Counted from the first letter of the stretch, positions 52,919 to 62,757 are shown. The stretch: 64,000 nucleotides of DNA from Nitrospirota bacterium (GCA_963751455.1 CAVVUN010000015.1:736001-800000); one strand, 5' to 3'. Program-made: numbers and translations. Notes: generated from the sequence alone by a model not told the origin.

Positions 52919-54640
52919 TCAGAAGCGGAATCCAAATAGTCCACCATCATCTTTAGCATCGGTCAAGACGACAGGCAAGACATATTCGCGAAGATCAAAC
53001 CCGTCCGTCTTTTCCTTGAAGGCGTCGTCCTCGTTCATCGTCACAATGTATTGGAACCCTAGTTCACGGGCTGTCTCCGCCCCGACCTTCAATGCACTGA
53101 TGACTTGGCGGCCATCAACGCCATCAAAAAGATGACTGTCGTGGATCAGAAACCCCGGGCTGATTCGGCGCCTCGCGCATAAGCGCATGAGCATTAGGTC
53201 AAAGCAGAATATCTGCATATTCTTGATACCTTTGCTGCGGGAGCCTTGCATCGGGAACTGAAAAACGGGTCCGTTTGAGGTCTCCTCGATTGTCATACTA
53301 CCTGCCGACTCATAAAGACGCCTTGAGGTGGCCTCGAACGCAAGAATGGCTTCTGACAATCGCTGATTTTGTTCAGAGAAATCGCGGCGAAGTCTCAGCG
53401 TCAGCCGATTGCGCTCAATTTCCAATTCATTCTTTGTGCCTTCTAACTGCTCAGCTGCCTCAAAACGTTGCCGCAGGGACTCGACTTCAGACTCCAATCG
53501 CCCAGTCTCACCCTGCAGTTTGGCGAACTGATCCAGTGCGCCATGGCTCTGTAAAATCCCCATGATTTCTGAGCGACGTTGGTCAAGACGTTGCTTTTCT
53601 TGTTCGCGAGATGTGATACGTTGTCTGGCGGCCAGCAATTCTTCGGATAGATAGTCGTGTCGATTGCGAACCACAGACTCGTGAAAGCTTCGCACTTCAT
53701 CGTAGCGTTTGATGGCCACCCCTGGCAGCACTACCCCAGCTTCAGCATAAATAGCTTCCAATGCTATCAATGGCGGTGGAGCTTCAACTTGCATTGCCGA
53801 CTCCAAGTCACGAATCGATGCAGCATCGATAGTGTCATCGTTGGAAATCGAGTTAAGTTGCCGCGTAACCTGATTTGCTTCCCCTTCAAGTTCACGGTAT
53901 TGTGGCAGCACAAGGAAGGCGCCGATCTGACCCCTGAGTTCGTTCAAACGAGCCTCGGCGACGGTAAGTTGAGTGCGCAGGTCCGCCGCTTTCCCTATGA
54001 TGTTTCCGAAAGCTCCGATTCCTGCCGCTTGCTTCAGGACGGCCAAAGTTTTTTCGCGGTCGCGCACTTGTTGCCAATCGCTCGCAATCTTCCAGTCCAA
54101 GCCAAGAAGAAACAGCAAAGCCACTTGATAATCACCGGCTTGCTGCATAGTCGCCTGCTTCTCAGGCGTGGTGAAGGCACCACTGAGCTGACGACGAACA
54201 AAGTAGGCAAAGAGCGAGCGGAAGGACGGAGAGCGGCCGGTACCCTCTGGAATTGTCTTCAAGCCAAACATCTGTTCACCGAGAAGCGCCACCAACTCGG
54301 AGTTGGAAAGTTTGGTATTTCCTTTCAAAAAACTTTCTCCAGAAACATGAATTTTGGACTTAGCCTTCCCACAACGCTCAGCAGATATCATTTCTCCACC
54401 TAGGTCGAGCTCCATGCCAAACGTCTCATCGGCCAGGGCATCAATGCGGAAAAGTGATTCCTTTCCAGCTTCTGCTCCAGTGAGGAAATGAACGATTTCG
54501 ATCAGGCTACTTTTGCCCGCTCGGTTACGGGTCTGCTTTTCGCTCGCTCCTGCTTCCTTCTGTGCCAGCAATACGTTAAGGCCGGGCTTGAATTCAAGCG
54601 TCTTGAAGGTTGACAGGCTGCTATATATGCGATGAATCAT
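52919..54640 (-). CDS. lmuB: SMC-like ABC ATPase of Lamassu/ABC-three-component system (DUF2326-like)
   Basis: F..GLNV, RNRAGKSS Walker A, coiled coil, S.G...IFCFDL, FLIHDS. Confidence 0.85.
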   Translation of the reverse strand: MIHRIYSSLSTFKTLEFKPGLNVLLAQKEAGASEKQTRNRAGKSSLIEIVHFLTGAEAGKESLFRIDALADETFGMELDLGGEMISAERCGKAKSKIHVSGESFLKGNTKLSNSELVALLGEQMFGLKTIPEGTGRSPSFRSLFAYFVRRQLSGAFTTPEKQATMQQAGDYQVALLFLLGLDWKIASDWQQVRDREKTLAVLKQAAGIGAFGNIIGKAADLRTQLTVAEARLNELRGQIGAFLVLPQYRELEGEANQVTRQLNSISNDDTIDAASIRDLESAMQVEAPPPLIALEAIYAEAGVVLPGVAIKRYDEVRSFHESVVRNRHDYLSEELLAARQRITSREQEKQRLDQRRSEIMGILQSHGALDQFAKLQGETGRLESEVESLRQRFEAAEQLEGTKNELEIERNRLTLRLRRDFSEQNQRLSEAILAFEATSRRLYESAGSMTIEETSNGPVFQFPMQGSRSKGIKNMQIFCFDLMLMRLCARRRISPGFLIHDSHLFDGVDGRQVISALKVGAETARELGFQYIVTMNEDDAFKEKTDGFDLREYVLPVVLTDAKDDGGLFGFRF

Positions 54641-54876
54641 GATCTTTTCCGGGTCAGAAGCCCATCCTCCATTTTAATAACATCGATAAGGTAAAGAAGA
54701 TCCAGAGCGAGCACAAACACGTCATAGCTCATAAAAAAGTGCGGTGAATTTCCAACTCTAGTCAATTCCTCCCAGAGTGCGGAAACCGTCTTGGGTTGGT
54801 GTAATTGCCGCAAAATCCGCCCACCTACTGTGAGCAGTGCCCGCTCCTGGGACAGGTGCTTGGAAGGTAGAATCAT
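54637..54876 (-). CDS. lmuC: ABC-three-component middle component
   Basis: MILPSKHL...LL.VG...LW...ALDLLYL; ATGA overlaps both neighbours. Confidence 0.8.
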   Translation of the reverse strand: MILPSKHLSQERALLTVGGRILRQLHQPKTVSALWEELTRVGNSPHFFMSYDVFVLALDLLYLIDVIKMEDGLLTRKRS

Positions 54877-55775
54877 GGCGCTACCTGCCGCGGTTCCTCG
54901 AAAATATCACAACGCTCAAAGTAATAGGCCATAACGGTCAGAACTGCCATCTCATGCTCGGGAAGGCCTCGTTCTACCCCACCCGCCCACGCTTGGAGTT
55001 CAGCAAAAATTAAGTTGGGGGTAAGATCGTGACGTAGTGACTCATATTTGGTCCGAAACGACTTAGCAATGCGTTCACCCAACATGGTATCATGCCACTG
55101 CTCAAAGAATCGGGCAACCAAAGGCGCCTTGATCATACCTTCTCTCAGCAATGTCGCCACACTGTCTGATAAGGAATTCGCCTCGATTTTGCCGCGCGGC
55201 ACATCTTTCACCGGTTGACCGGGTGCTACCGCTTGATCGGATAAATGTTCAAGAACCACCTGCAAGTCCTTGAACCCGAGTCTGGCTTTGGTTTCTGCCG
55301 TTGGCGCGGGGCCAAACCAAACCACTAAATCATCCGAGGATAGACGGCGGAAAACAAGACGAAACTCCTCCAGACACCAAGGTGCCAGTGTGATACCAGG
55401 ATTCGCCTGCTCGAAATCTAACAATAATGTCTGAACATGGGGCGGCAGACCATCTACCGCATTATGGGCGAAGACCCATTTGTCGAAATGGCTTCTCCAA
55501 TGCACCTTGGCCCCCTCGAAATCCTCCTGAATTTTCAAGACGGCTTTTGCCTCAGTCATTTCGTTCGGAGCATAAACCTGAAAAAGCCGACGTTCGGATT
55601 TGAGAAAGCCATCATTTTTGCGATCTCCTCGGTTGCCCCAAGGACGGCAGGCCATGAAGTCGGCCTTGTAGGCAAAGCCCATCAGTTTCTCAAAGAAATC
55701 CTGAAAGGCGTCTCCCTTCGCCCGAATGAATCCGTTCTCGAACTTCTGCTCGTAGTAGGCTTGCTGAAGGTTCAT
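54873..55775 (-). CDS. lmuA: Lamassu/ABC-3C effector: nuclease-like N-terminus and CTD
   Basis: G.AFQDFF..LM, GDRKNDG, FQVYAP; KI..N.L; YYFERCDIFE. Confidence 0.8.
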   Translation of the reverse strand: MNLQQAYYEQKFENGFIRAKGDAFQDFFEKLMGFAYKADFMACRPWGNRGDRKNDGFLKSERRLFQVYAPNEMTEAKAVLKIQEDFEGAKVHWRSHFDKWVFAHNAVDGLPPHVQTLLLDFEQANPGITLAPWCLEEFRLVFRRLSSDDLVVWFGPAPTAETKARLGFKDLQVVLEHLSDQAVAPGQPVKDVPRGKIEANSLSDSVATLLREGMIKAPLVARFFEQWHDTMLGERIAKSFRTKYESLRHDLTPNLIFAELQAWAGGVERGLPEHEMAVLTVMAYYFERCDIFEEPRQVAP

Positions 55776-56218
55776 GATTGAGATACCCTTTCACCTGACA
55801 GGCTTTGACTCCGCACCCCTGCCAAAGTGGTGAATCTTTTTCTCGAAGCGCTCAAACAGCTGACTGTTGGCGACTATGAGGAACTGCTCTACTTTGATCT
55901 CGGCGACGATTTGACCAAATCCGACGTTGTTTCTATTCTATTTGTGCTTTTTTAAACTAAGGAAATAAAATGCTGGGAGGTTTCAGCGAAATGGAAAAAG
56001 TCTTCAATGGTGTTTCTCCCTGCGGCTATCAAGGCTGTGCCCCTGATCCTTCCTGAGGATACTGGATTTTGGAGCTAGGGGCAAGGGAAATTGTAAAGCC
56101 GACGTGAGACGATGAGGTGACCAGACACGACGGAGAGGCGGCCCTAATCTAAATCAGATGCATCAATTACGGGATGCAATCTGAAGCAGCGACTATGAAC
56201 GCCATCTTGCAGATTTCA

Positions 56219-56583
56219 GGAAGCCCTTTGTGCGCATGCCCTGCTCTATAGACCCCGGTGGTGTCCTGTCAGCTTGCCATGGCGCCTGCAGGACTGCTGC
56301 CTTCCGCTGGGTCGATTGCGTCGGCTTTCCCTCCGATGTTCCGAAGGTTATCCTGATGACCACGACTATACATATTTCGGGGCTCAATAACACGGCCTGC
56401 AAACTTGTTCCGCCCGGCTCCGTACCTTCTCTCACGGGAACGCACGCAGGCTTCGCTACCGACCTGCCTGCTCAGCTTTGATCGGATGGGACTTGAGTCG
56501 TTTCGACTCTCACCCACTGGATAACAACGACAGATTTCATAGAATAATTCTATTCCCTCCGCCTCGGATTTACCTTGGCGCGA
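56219..56583 (-). mobile_element. 5' fragment (domain I) of a group II intron, no RT ORF
   Basis: starts TCGCGCCAAGGTAAA; ggtgagagtc...agtcccatcc, gtagcgaagcctgcg, attgagccccgaaat, gcggaaggcagca, caccggggtc.a.agagcagggcatg motifs. Confidence 0.7.
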
Positions 56584-56618
56584 CGATCCGCTTGTTAGCC
56601 GGGCCTGCTCCGATAGGG

Positions 56619-57401
56619 CTACACCATCTCGCGGAAAACCTTCACAATCCTGGGATTCGCTACGTCGTCGTTGACCCGGACATGATACGAGTGGCCGTCC
56701 TTTAGCAGGTGTTCAGAGTAAATGAGATCAACGTTGCCGAAGTACGGACTGGCTTTGGAGAGAACCTCGTACTTCAGCTTCCAGAGCTTCTGGATTCGCA
56801 GTAATTCGCAGGTGAAGACCCGTATGGAGATCCGCTGTCCAGTCAGAATGACGCTACCGAGCGCGACTGAAGCTTTCGTTTTCTTGCGCCGTACACTCAC
56901 ATAGCTGAGTGCTGGGTTGACTGCGGACTTCGCCGAGTGCTTCGCGAGCTTGTCTACGGCCTTGTTGTGTGGGTCTTTCGCGTGGCCTTTCACCCATCGA
57001 AACTCAACCCGGCGCCCCGAGCTCTTGATTGCCTTGACGAGCTCCTTCCAGAGTTCCGCATTAAGCACTGGCGCTCCGGTTCGCCTGAGCCACCTGCTCT
57101 TTGGCCATTCGAACATCGCCTTCTGGTAGTTGTCACAGACGTACATCGAATCGCTGTGCACCACTATTTTGTGTAGTCCGTGAGCGAGTCCGCGACGTCT
57201 CGCCTCGTTAAGAGCGACAATGCACGCCTTGAGCTCCATCTGGTTGTTTGTTGCACATTTGTAACCGGGAGGGGACCAGTCCTCCGCTTGCTCGCACCCT
57301 AACTCATCAACGAGGACGAAACGCATGCCGATTCCGCCCCGTCGTGGAGAGCTGAATGACGAACCATCGGTGTAGATGTTGAGCGCCTTCTCGTCGAGCA
57401 C
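56619..57401 (-). CDS. ribonuclease HI-family protein with ~90-aa C-terminal extension
   Basis: YTDGS, TNNQMEL, HSDS.YV, N.ELW, WVKGH, N..VD.LA. Confidence 0.88.
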   Translation of the reverse strand: MLDEKALNIYTDGSSFSSPRRGGIGMRFVLVDELGCEQAEDWSPPGYKCATNNQMELKACIVALNEARRRGLAHGLHKIVVHSDSMYVCDNYQKAMFEWPKSRWLRRTGAPVLNAELWKELVKAIKSSGRRVEFRWVKGHAKDPHNKAVDKLAKHSAKSAVNPALSYVSVRRKKTKASVALGSVILTGQRISIRVFTCELLRIQKLWKLKYEVLSKASPYFGNVDLIYSEHLLKDGHSYHVRVNDDVANPRIVKVFREMV

Positions 57402-57704
57402 GCGAACCCTCCGCTCCCCCGACCAGAGCCCCCTGCTCCGGCCAAAGTAATTATCTAAACGAAAACGACCCAGTAATATGCAAAATCCGTTGTTAGCGGG
57501 TTTTGCAAGACAAAGACCAGGAAAAATAAAAATGAGCTTATTTGCAAAGACTATATGCCTGATTCAGGGTGCTGTCAACAGCGAGGGAGGGGTAATATTC
57601 GGGGGTATGCGTTAATAAATTCTGAATAAAGTGTGGACTGTTTCTAAAAATGGAAACTCCAATGCTACAGGAAGGAACTTCGCTTGTCACTGATTACAAC
57701 ATTT

Positions 57705-58316
57705 TTACCGGGTGCTGGTTCCAAAGGCGCGCTTCCATCGTTTCCGGGGATCATCAAAGTGAACTTCATTCGGGGAAAAACGTTCAGGCTCGACATCAGC
57801 TCCCGCCCATTGCAGAAAGTCTTCGTGCGATTTATGTCCTGGGTCCATGATCGCCTCAAGGAACTGCTGATATCCATATATGCCGGCGCAGTTCTCCGGC
57901 GGACAAGCCCTCTCACCGGCAATGCAGCGGGGATACTTCTTCTCCTTGTCTCTTGGCACTATCTTTTCAAACTTCACTGCGTGCTCCCAATTGTCGCCGT
58001 AATCATAAACATATGTCGCTGTGCTGTTCTTCGTTGAAAAATAGTCCGAGATGTTGTGATCCCAGCCCGGCAGGATGTCCAGATCGAACTCAGCGTCATC
58101 GTCCGGTATGCCTATTCGTTCTTTTGTTTGCGCTTGCGGGTTGTGAACGGCAAAATCATGCAAATGACAATCCTGCCAGCCCATTGCATCCTGCACGGCG
58201 ACATGCAAATCCCAAAAAGTATACGTTTCCGGGACCTGGATCGTGCGCCACACCGGCGGGTTGATCCCCTTTAAGGTGATTTTAAAATGATATACTCGTT
58301 CGGATTTCTTTTTCAT
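57705..58316 (-). CDS. pRiA4b ORF-3 family protein
   Basis: KI.L.GI.PPVWR..., LH..Q.AMGW...HLH.F, Y.YDYGDNWEH, G.RACPPE.C.G. Confidence 0.9.
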   Translation of the reverse strand: MKKKSERVYHFKITLKGINPPVWRTIQVPETYTFWDLHVAVQDAMGWQDCHLHDFAVHNPQAQTKERIGIPDDDAEFDLDILPGWDHNISDYFSTKNSTATYVYDYGDNWEHAVKFEKIVPRDKEKKYPRCIAGERACPPENCAGIYGYQQFLEAIMDPGHKSHEDFLQWAGADVEPERFSPNEVHFDDPRKRWKRAFGTSTR

Positions 58317-58375
58317 GGGACGAAACATCTTGCGGGTTTTTGGTTCACTGCGTGCTTATTTTTCTCCGGCTTGCT

Positions 58376-59023
58376 TCACAATTTCTCAATCTGTTCTTCA
58401 GTCAGCCCTGAAAGTTTAGCAATGATCTTAATGTCGACGCCTTCCTGCTTCATGCCCTTTGCCATCTCAATTGCCTTTATCTTCTCGCCTTCCTTCCGCC
58501 CAATCTCGACGCCGATTTTCAGACCTCTCTGTTCTCCCAGCTTCTTCAGCCGCTCCTCTTCCTGTTTGAACTTGAGCACGTACTTCTTGCTTCTGCTCAG
58601 CTTCAGCAGGAGCCCCGAGTCCACAAAGCTGTAGTAGCTGGTCTCGCTGATGATAATATGGTCGATCACCGGGACGTCCAGGAACAGGCCGACCTGGTAC
58701 ATGCGGTCCGTGATGTCCTCGTCTTCCTTCGAAGGCTGAAGTTCGCCGCTGGGGTGGTTGTGGACCATGATCACCTTGACGGCCCGTTTCTGGAGGGCGA
58801 AGCTGAATATCTCCGTGGGATCGACAATGCTTTTTTTCCCGTTCCCCAGGCTGATCAGCTCTATGAGCAGGATCCTGTTGCTGTTTGACAGGCAGACGAC
58901 CCAGAAGTGCTCCTTGCTCCGGCCGATCTTGTTTTCGCGCAGCAGGACCTGCTGCATGATCAGGGATATATCGCGTGAGTTGAGCACCTGGATCTTTTGT
59001 TCACTGGTCAGTTTTACTCTCAT
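58376..59023 (-). CDS. radC: RadC/JAB-domain protein with Rpn-like C-terminal tail
   Basis: KEHFW, HNHPSG...S.ED, DHIII; tail G...G...GRKEG....AIEMAK.M...I.K..GLT.EQIEKL. Confidence 0.85.
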   Translation of the reverse strand: MRVKLTSEQKIQVLNSRDISLIMQQVLLRENKIGRSKEHFWVVCLSNSNRILLIELISLGNGKKSIVDPTEIFSFALQKRAVKVIMVHNHPSGELQPSKEDEDITDRMYQVGLFLDVPVIDHIIISETSYYSFVDSGLLLKLSRSKKYVLKFKQEEERLKKLGEQRGLKIGVEIGRKEGEKIKAIEMAKGMKQEGVDIKIIAKLSGLTEEQIEKL

Positions 59024-59385
59024 GACGGCCCCTGTCTTGCACCCAGCGGTTATGAGCGCTACGCCGCGAATGCAGGGTGTTCCTTGTATTGGACTGGAAT
59101 ATGGAATGAAATGCTGAAAAACCGTTTCAATCGTTTACTTCTGCGTATTCTGTGGACAAACTTCGTCGCTGAAGTAACGATTATACCCAAAACCTGGACG
59201 CCAGGATCAACACTAATCATGAATGTGCTTTCTCTAACGGGGTAAAGCGAGAATAGCACAGAAAGGGCTTTGTTTCAATTGCGAATTGGTGAAAAGAGAT
59301 GTGTTTTTTGATTACGGAGATTCAGAAGTGCTGAATAGTAAACTCAGTTCTATGAAATAAAAAAGGAAAAGCGGATAGTTATCCG

Positions 59386-59826
59386 TTACAGTCCGAGAAA
59401 AGGATTTCTGACGGTGAGCCCGTTTTCTATGACCTGACCGTGCTGCAGATCCTCAGTATAGAGAATATCGCAGCCTGCTTCTATCGCGGAAGCTACAATG
59501 AGGCCGTCCCAGTAAGGGAACTTTAATTGAGAAGATATATCCAAGGCTTTTGTGATAGTCCCATCATTTATCAGCGTCACAGGATACAACTCGAATAAAT
59601 TTTTTACGATTTGCCGGAGAGAATCTATCTCGACGTTGAATTTTTTATTCATGACCCATATGAACTCATTGATAACCTGCGTGCTCAAGCAAACCGGCTC
59701 ATCTTCAAGCAGCGACAGCACAATGGTTTTCTTTTTGGTTTCCGTAACGGAATATGCATAAATCAGGACATTGGTATCGAGGAATATTTTAAATCTCCTC
59801 TCAACCATATGTATCGTCTCAGCCAT
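59386..59826 (-). CDS. vapC: PIN-domain toxin
   Basis: FLDTNVLIY, STQVINE, WD.LIVASA, LYTEDLQHG. Confidence 0.88.
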   Translation of the reverse strand: MAETIHMVERRFKIFLDTNVLIYAYSVTETKKKTIVLSLLEDEPVCLSTQVINEFIWVMNKKFNVEIDSLRQIVKNLFELYPVTLINDGTITKALDISSQLKFPYWDGLIVASAIEAGCDILYTEDLQHGQVIENGLTVRNPFLGL

Positions 59827-60010
59827 ATATCTCTACCCTGTTGAATTTCCATTTTGACGTGTCTATCTTGACCGTGTCGATCATCAATTTTCTCCGGATG
59901 TCGCTCTCGATCTTGACCACTACTTCGACCATTTTATCCTTGAATTCATCTGGGAGATTCATATGCAAAACGCCGTTCTTGACTTTTACTTTTTCTTTAA
60001 CCACCGTCAT
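59819..60010 (-). CDS. putative antitoxin
   Basis: GGAGG RBS, LP.EF....VEVVV, WKFNR.EIY; overlaps PIN start. Confidence 0.7.
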   Translation of the reverse strand: MTVVKEKVKVKNGVLHMNLPDEFKDKMVEVVVKIESDIRRKLMIDTVKIDTSKWKFNRVEIYG

Positions 60011-60256
60011 TTCCGCCTCCTTAAAACCATGAAGCATGAATGCAACTACACTGCTTAAACTGATAATAACATAAAATCGGGACGAAAGGGAAGGCCTCTT
60101 TCTATCTGTCATCAGACGCTCTGTTTATTTTGCCGCCTCTGCCTCTTTTGAGCCTGCCTTCCGCCAGGGCTTTCTTCAGTTCGCAATGAGCACCGGCGGG
60201 ATGTTGTTGCACCCGCTGTGTTGATCTACTCAGGCCAGAGCCGTAAGATTCACCAA

Positions 60257-60714
60257 TCACAATTTCTCAACCTGCTCCTTCGAGAGCTTTGTATACCGCA
60301 TAATCCTAAAAACGGCATTTGAACACGGATGAACACGGAAACAGCGGATCAAAACAATGTGATAGAGCAAAAAGCCATCTCGCCTTTTGGGTGAATCCAT
60401 TACTGTTCGTAACTTCCTATAAATCCGTGTTGATCAGATTTTATCCGTGTCCAACTGCTTTTTTCAGGATAATTTCTTCAATGGAGCGCGAAACTGAATA
60501 TTTCCGTGGGATCGACGACGGTCTTCTTCCCGTTCCCCAGGCTGATCAGCTCTATGAGCAGTATCCTGTTGCTGTTGGACAGGCAGACGACCCAGAAGTG
60601 CTCCTTGCCGCGGCCGATCTTGTTTTCGCGCAGCAGTATCTGCTGCATGATCAGGGCTATATCGCGTGAATTGAGCACCTGGATCTTTTGTTCGCCGGTC
60701 AGTTTTACTCTCAT
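60257..60714 (-). pseudogene. radC: second radC/JAB copy with internal deletion and MITE insertion
   Basis: first 77 aa nearly identical to 58376..59023; SIEEI|MRYTKLSKEQVEKL tail split by the MITE. Confidence 0.8.
60305..60468. mobile_element. 164-bp MITE-like element, copy 2
   Basis: matches 30115..30278; flanked by ATAAT direct repeat. Confidence 0.85.
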
Positions 60715-61178
60715 GAGGACCTCTGTAACAGCTGTTAATTTTTGAATCGGGCAAACGCTACAGATTTAGTCAGTTACGAATAAAATTCTTGTCAAAAAGG
60801 GAAGAAAAAATTTGCCGCAGGGCTCACAGAGTTCACCGAGGGCAGCCAAAAAATGTATGTGCTTTAAAGCTTTTCTCTTCGTTCTCGGTGGTCTCTGTGG
60901 CGAAAGCTTTTCCGGTCTATCCGGGTTACGAAAAAATTGGAAGAAGTTGAGCATCATCGTCCTTCCGCGCTTTATTCAAACATCATAACCTTCATTAAGT
61001 CGCAGGTGCCTGCTCAGTCAACATTGTTCATTCGCAAAAGCATTTTGCGGGAAATAATTGACAAAATCAAAGGCGAATACAACCTGGGATAGGAACTTAG
61101 AGGACCTCGTCTACGTAAATACAGACGGAAAATGATTGTTTCCAGGGCGTCCCCACAAGTCGATTCTGGTTTTTTTGA

Positions 61179-61498
61179 TTGGAAAAGACTGATGCCTCGC
61201 TTGTTCGAGTGGTCATCCTGGACGCAGGTCCCCTCATTCATCTCGATGCTTACCGAAGCCCTGCGGTTCCTTGAAACCCACAAACCGGAGCTGATGGCGA
61301 AGTTCATCCGCGAAGACGTGGAGTGGGGCCTGTATGGACAAAGACAGCGGCGGGAATGATTCGATCCTGAAAGTCAGCGAGCAGAGTCAGGCCTCCGAGT
61401 TCAATGACGTCCTTTTCGTTGGTAAACCACCCTTCGTCGATCAGGGCCTTAATTTGATCGTATAGTTTTTCCGGTAGTTCGGCTTGAACTGTTTTCAC
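61179..61498. pseudogene. rearranged RHH antitoxin / PIN-like toxin remnant
   Basis: gene halves on opposite strands (see findings). Confidence 0.55.
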
Positions 61499-61973
61499 GG
61501 TTCCTGGTTGCTCCTTTCTTTAAACGTATTATAGCATGACGCGGCAACTACAACAAGGTCGGTCCTTTCCGGAGAAACTTCGCTCGAAATGACAAGTCTG
61601 ACTGTTTTTCGAATCGGCTTATCTGCGTTAATCTGCGTAATCTGCGGACAAACTTCGCCGCTGAAGTAACAAAGCGAGAATAGCACAGAAAGGCCATTGT
61701 TTCAATTGCGAATTGAGGAATGGGGTAAATCAGTTCGGAGTTTTTGAGCCTTGCGCCCGCGCTTACGAGCCTGCACCCAGCGATAATGAGTGCTACGCCG
61801 CGAATGCAGGGTGTGGAACCGCGAGTGCAGGGTGTTCGGGGTTCGGAGTGATGAATGGCGTTATCTGATAATCGGCTATATCAATTACAGGTTGTAATCC
61901 CATACCAATCAAGATACTACTTTGACTCAAAGTACAGGAAGAAACCTGTTTTTACCCTTCCTTTTCCCCTTTG

Positions 61974-62300
61974 CTACATCGTTTCAAGCAGCTTGTAATA
62001 CTCCGTTATCTTTCGGATGGATTCCAGAGTTGCCTGGAACAATATCCAACTTAGCGCAAGGATCGCAATTGTGAGTCCGATCTTCCAACTGCGCTTCGTA
62101 TCAGGACGCCACCAGATCAGCGGCAACGCCAGAGGTCCCACACTACAGACAGCGACGACAATAAAAGATTTTCGGAAATACCATTTGATAGAGTTTTTTT
62201 TATGGGGTGGGCGGGAGGACGGACTGAGAAACTCACCGCAGTGTTTACACTTAATTGCCGCGTCTTGAATCTCTTCAGCACAATAAGGACACTTCTTCAT
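61974..62300 (-). CDS. zinc-ribbon membrane protein
   Basis: KKCPYCAEEIQ..AIKCKHCGE followed by TM helices. Confidence 0.8.
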   Translation of the reverse strand: MKKCPYCAEEIQDAAIKCKHCGEFLSPSSRPPHKKNSIKWYFRKSFIVVAVCSVGPLALPLIWWRPDTKRSWKIGLTIAILALSWILFQATLESIRKITEYYKLLETM

Positions 62301-62303
62301 AAT

Positions 62304-62498
62304 TCATTTCATTTGGTAGAACTCAGGATGACTGCGGGAGTCTGCAAGGTCGCTTGCTTCAAGCATGACGTCCGGAGCTCCCGGCGGAGCCGTTTCGTGC
62401 GTATCGCCGTGAGCCATACACCCCGGTAATTCGGGCACTTCCGCGATGAAGATTTTATCTTCTTCGCTCCGGTAAAGGATGATTTCATACTTATCCAT
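62304..62498 (-). pseudogene. hicB: HicB antitoxin, probably truncated
   Basis: YEIILY.SEED..FIAEVPELPGCMAHGDT.E.A then divergent. Confidence 0.65.
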
Positions 62499-62757
62499 GG
62501 GCTTCACCTCGCAGATTGTACCTCAGAATCGCCGAACGGACTTGACGAACTTGATACGTCTTTGCCTTGCTGCCTTCCTTTTGAAGGTTGATCCTTTCCT
62601 CCACACCCGGCTTCCTGAAGATATGATGACTTCCGCGCACGCGCGTTTCAAATCCGAGCCTGATTAAGCACAATTCGTCAAAAGCGACGTTTGCATCGGA
62701 ACTTCCGAGCAGTATTTGCTCAGCAGCTGTATTTGCCCATTTGATATCAACCGGCAC
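62491..62757 (-). CDS. hicA: HicA toxin, possibly degraded
   Basis: SDAN..F.EL...LGF....GSHHIF...INLQ......K.YQV.QVR. Confidence 0.7.
   Translation of the reverse strand: MPVDIKWANTAAEQILLGSSDANVAFDELCLIRLGFETRVRGSHHIFRKPGVEERINLQKEGSKAKTYQVRQVRSAILRYNLRGEAHG

Noticed and set aside
56219-57401. Retron- or DGR-like system (RNase H plus structured RNA)
   Set aside because: No reverse transcriptase ORF, msr/msd or TR/VR pair was seen; the RNA looks like group II intron domain I.
57430-57510. attI/attC or dif-like site upstream of RNase H
   Set aside because: GCTAAC is present but the complementary core is poor and no integrase is in the window.
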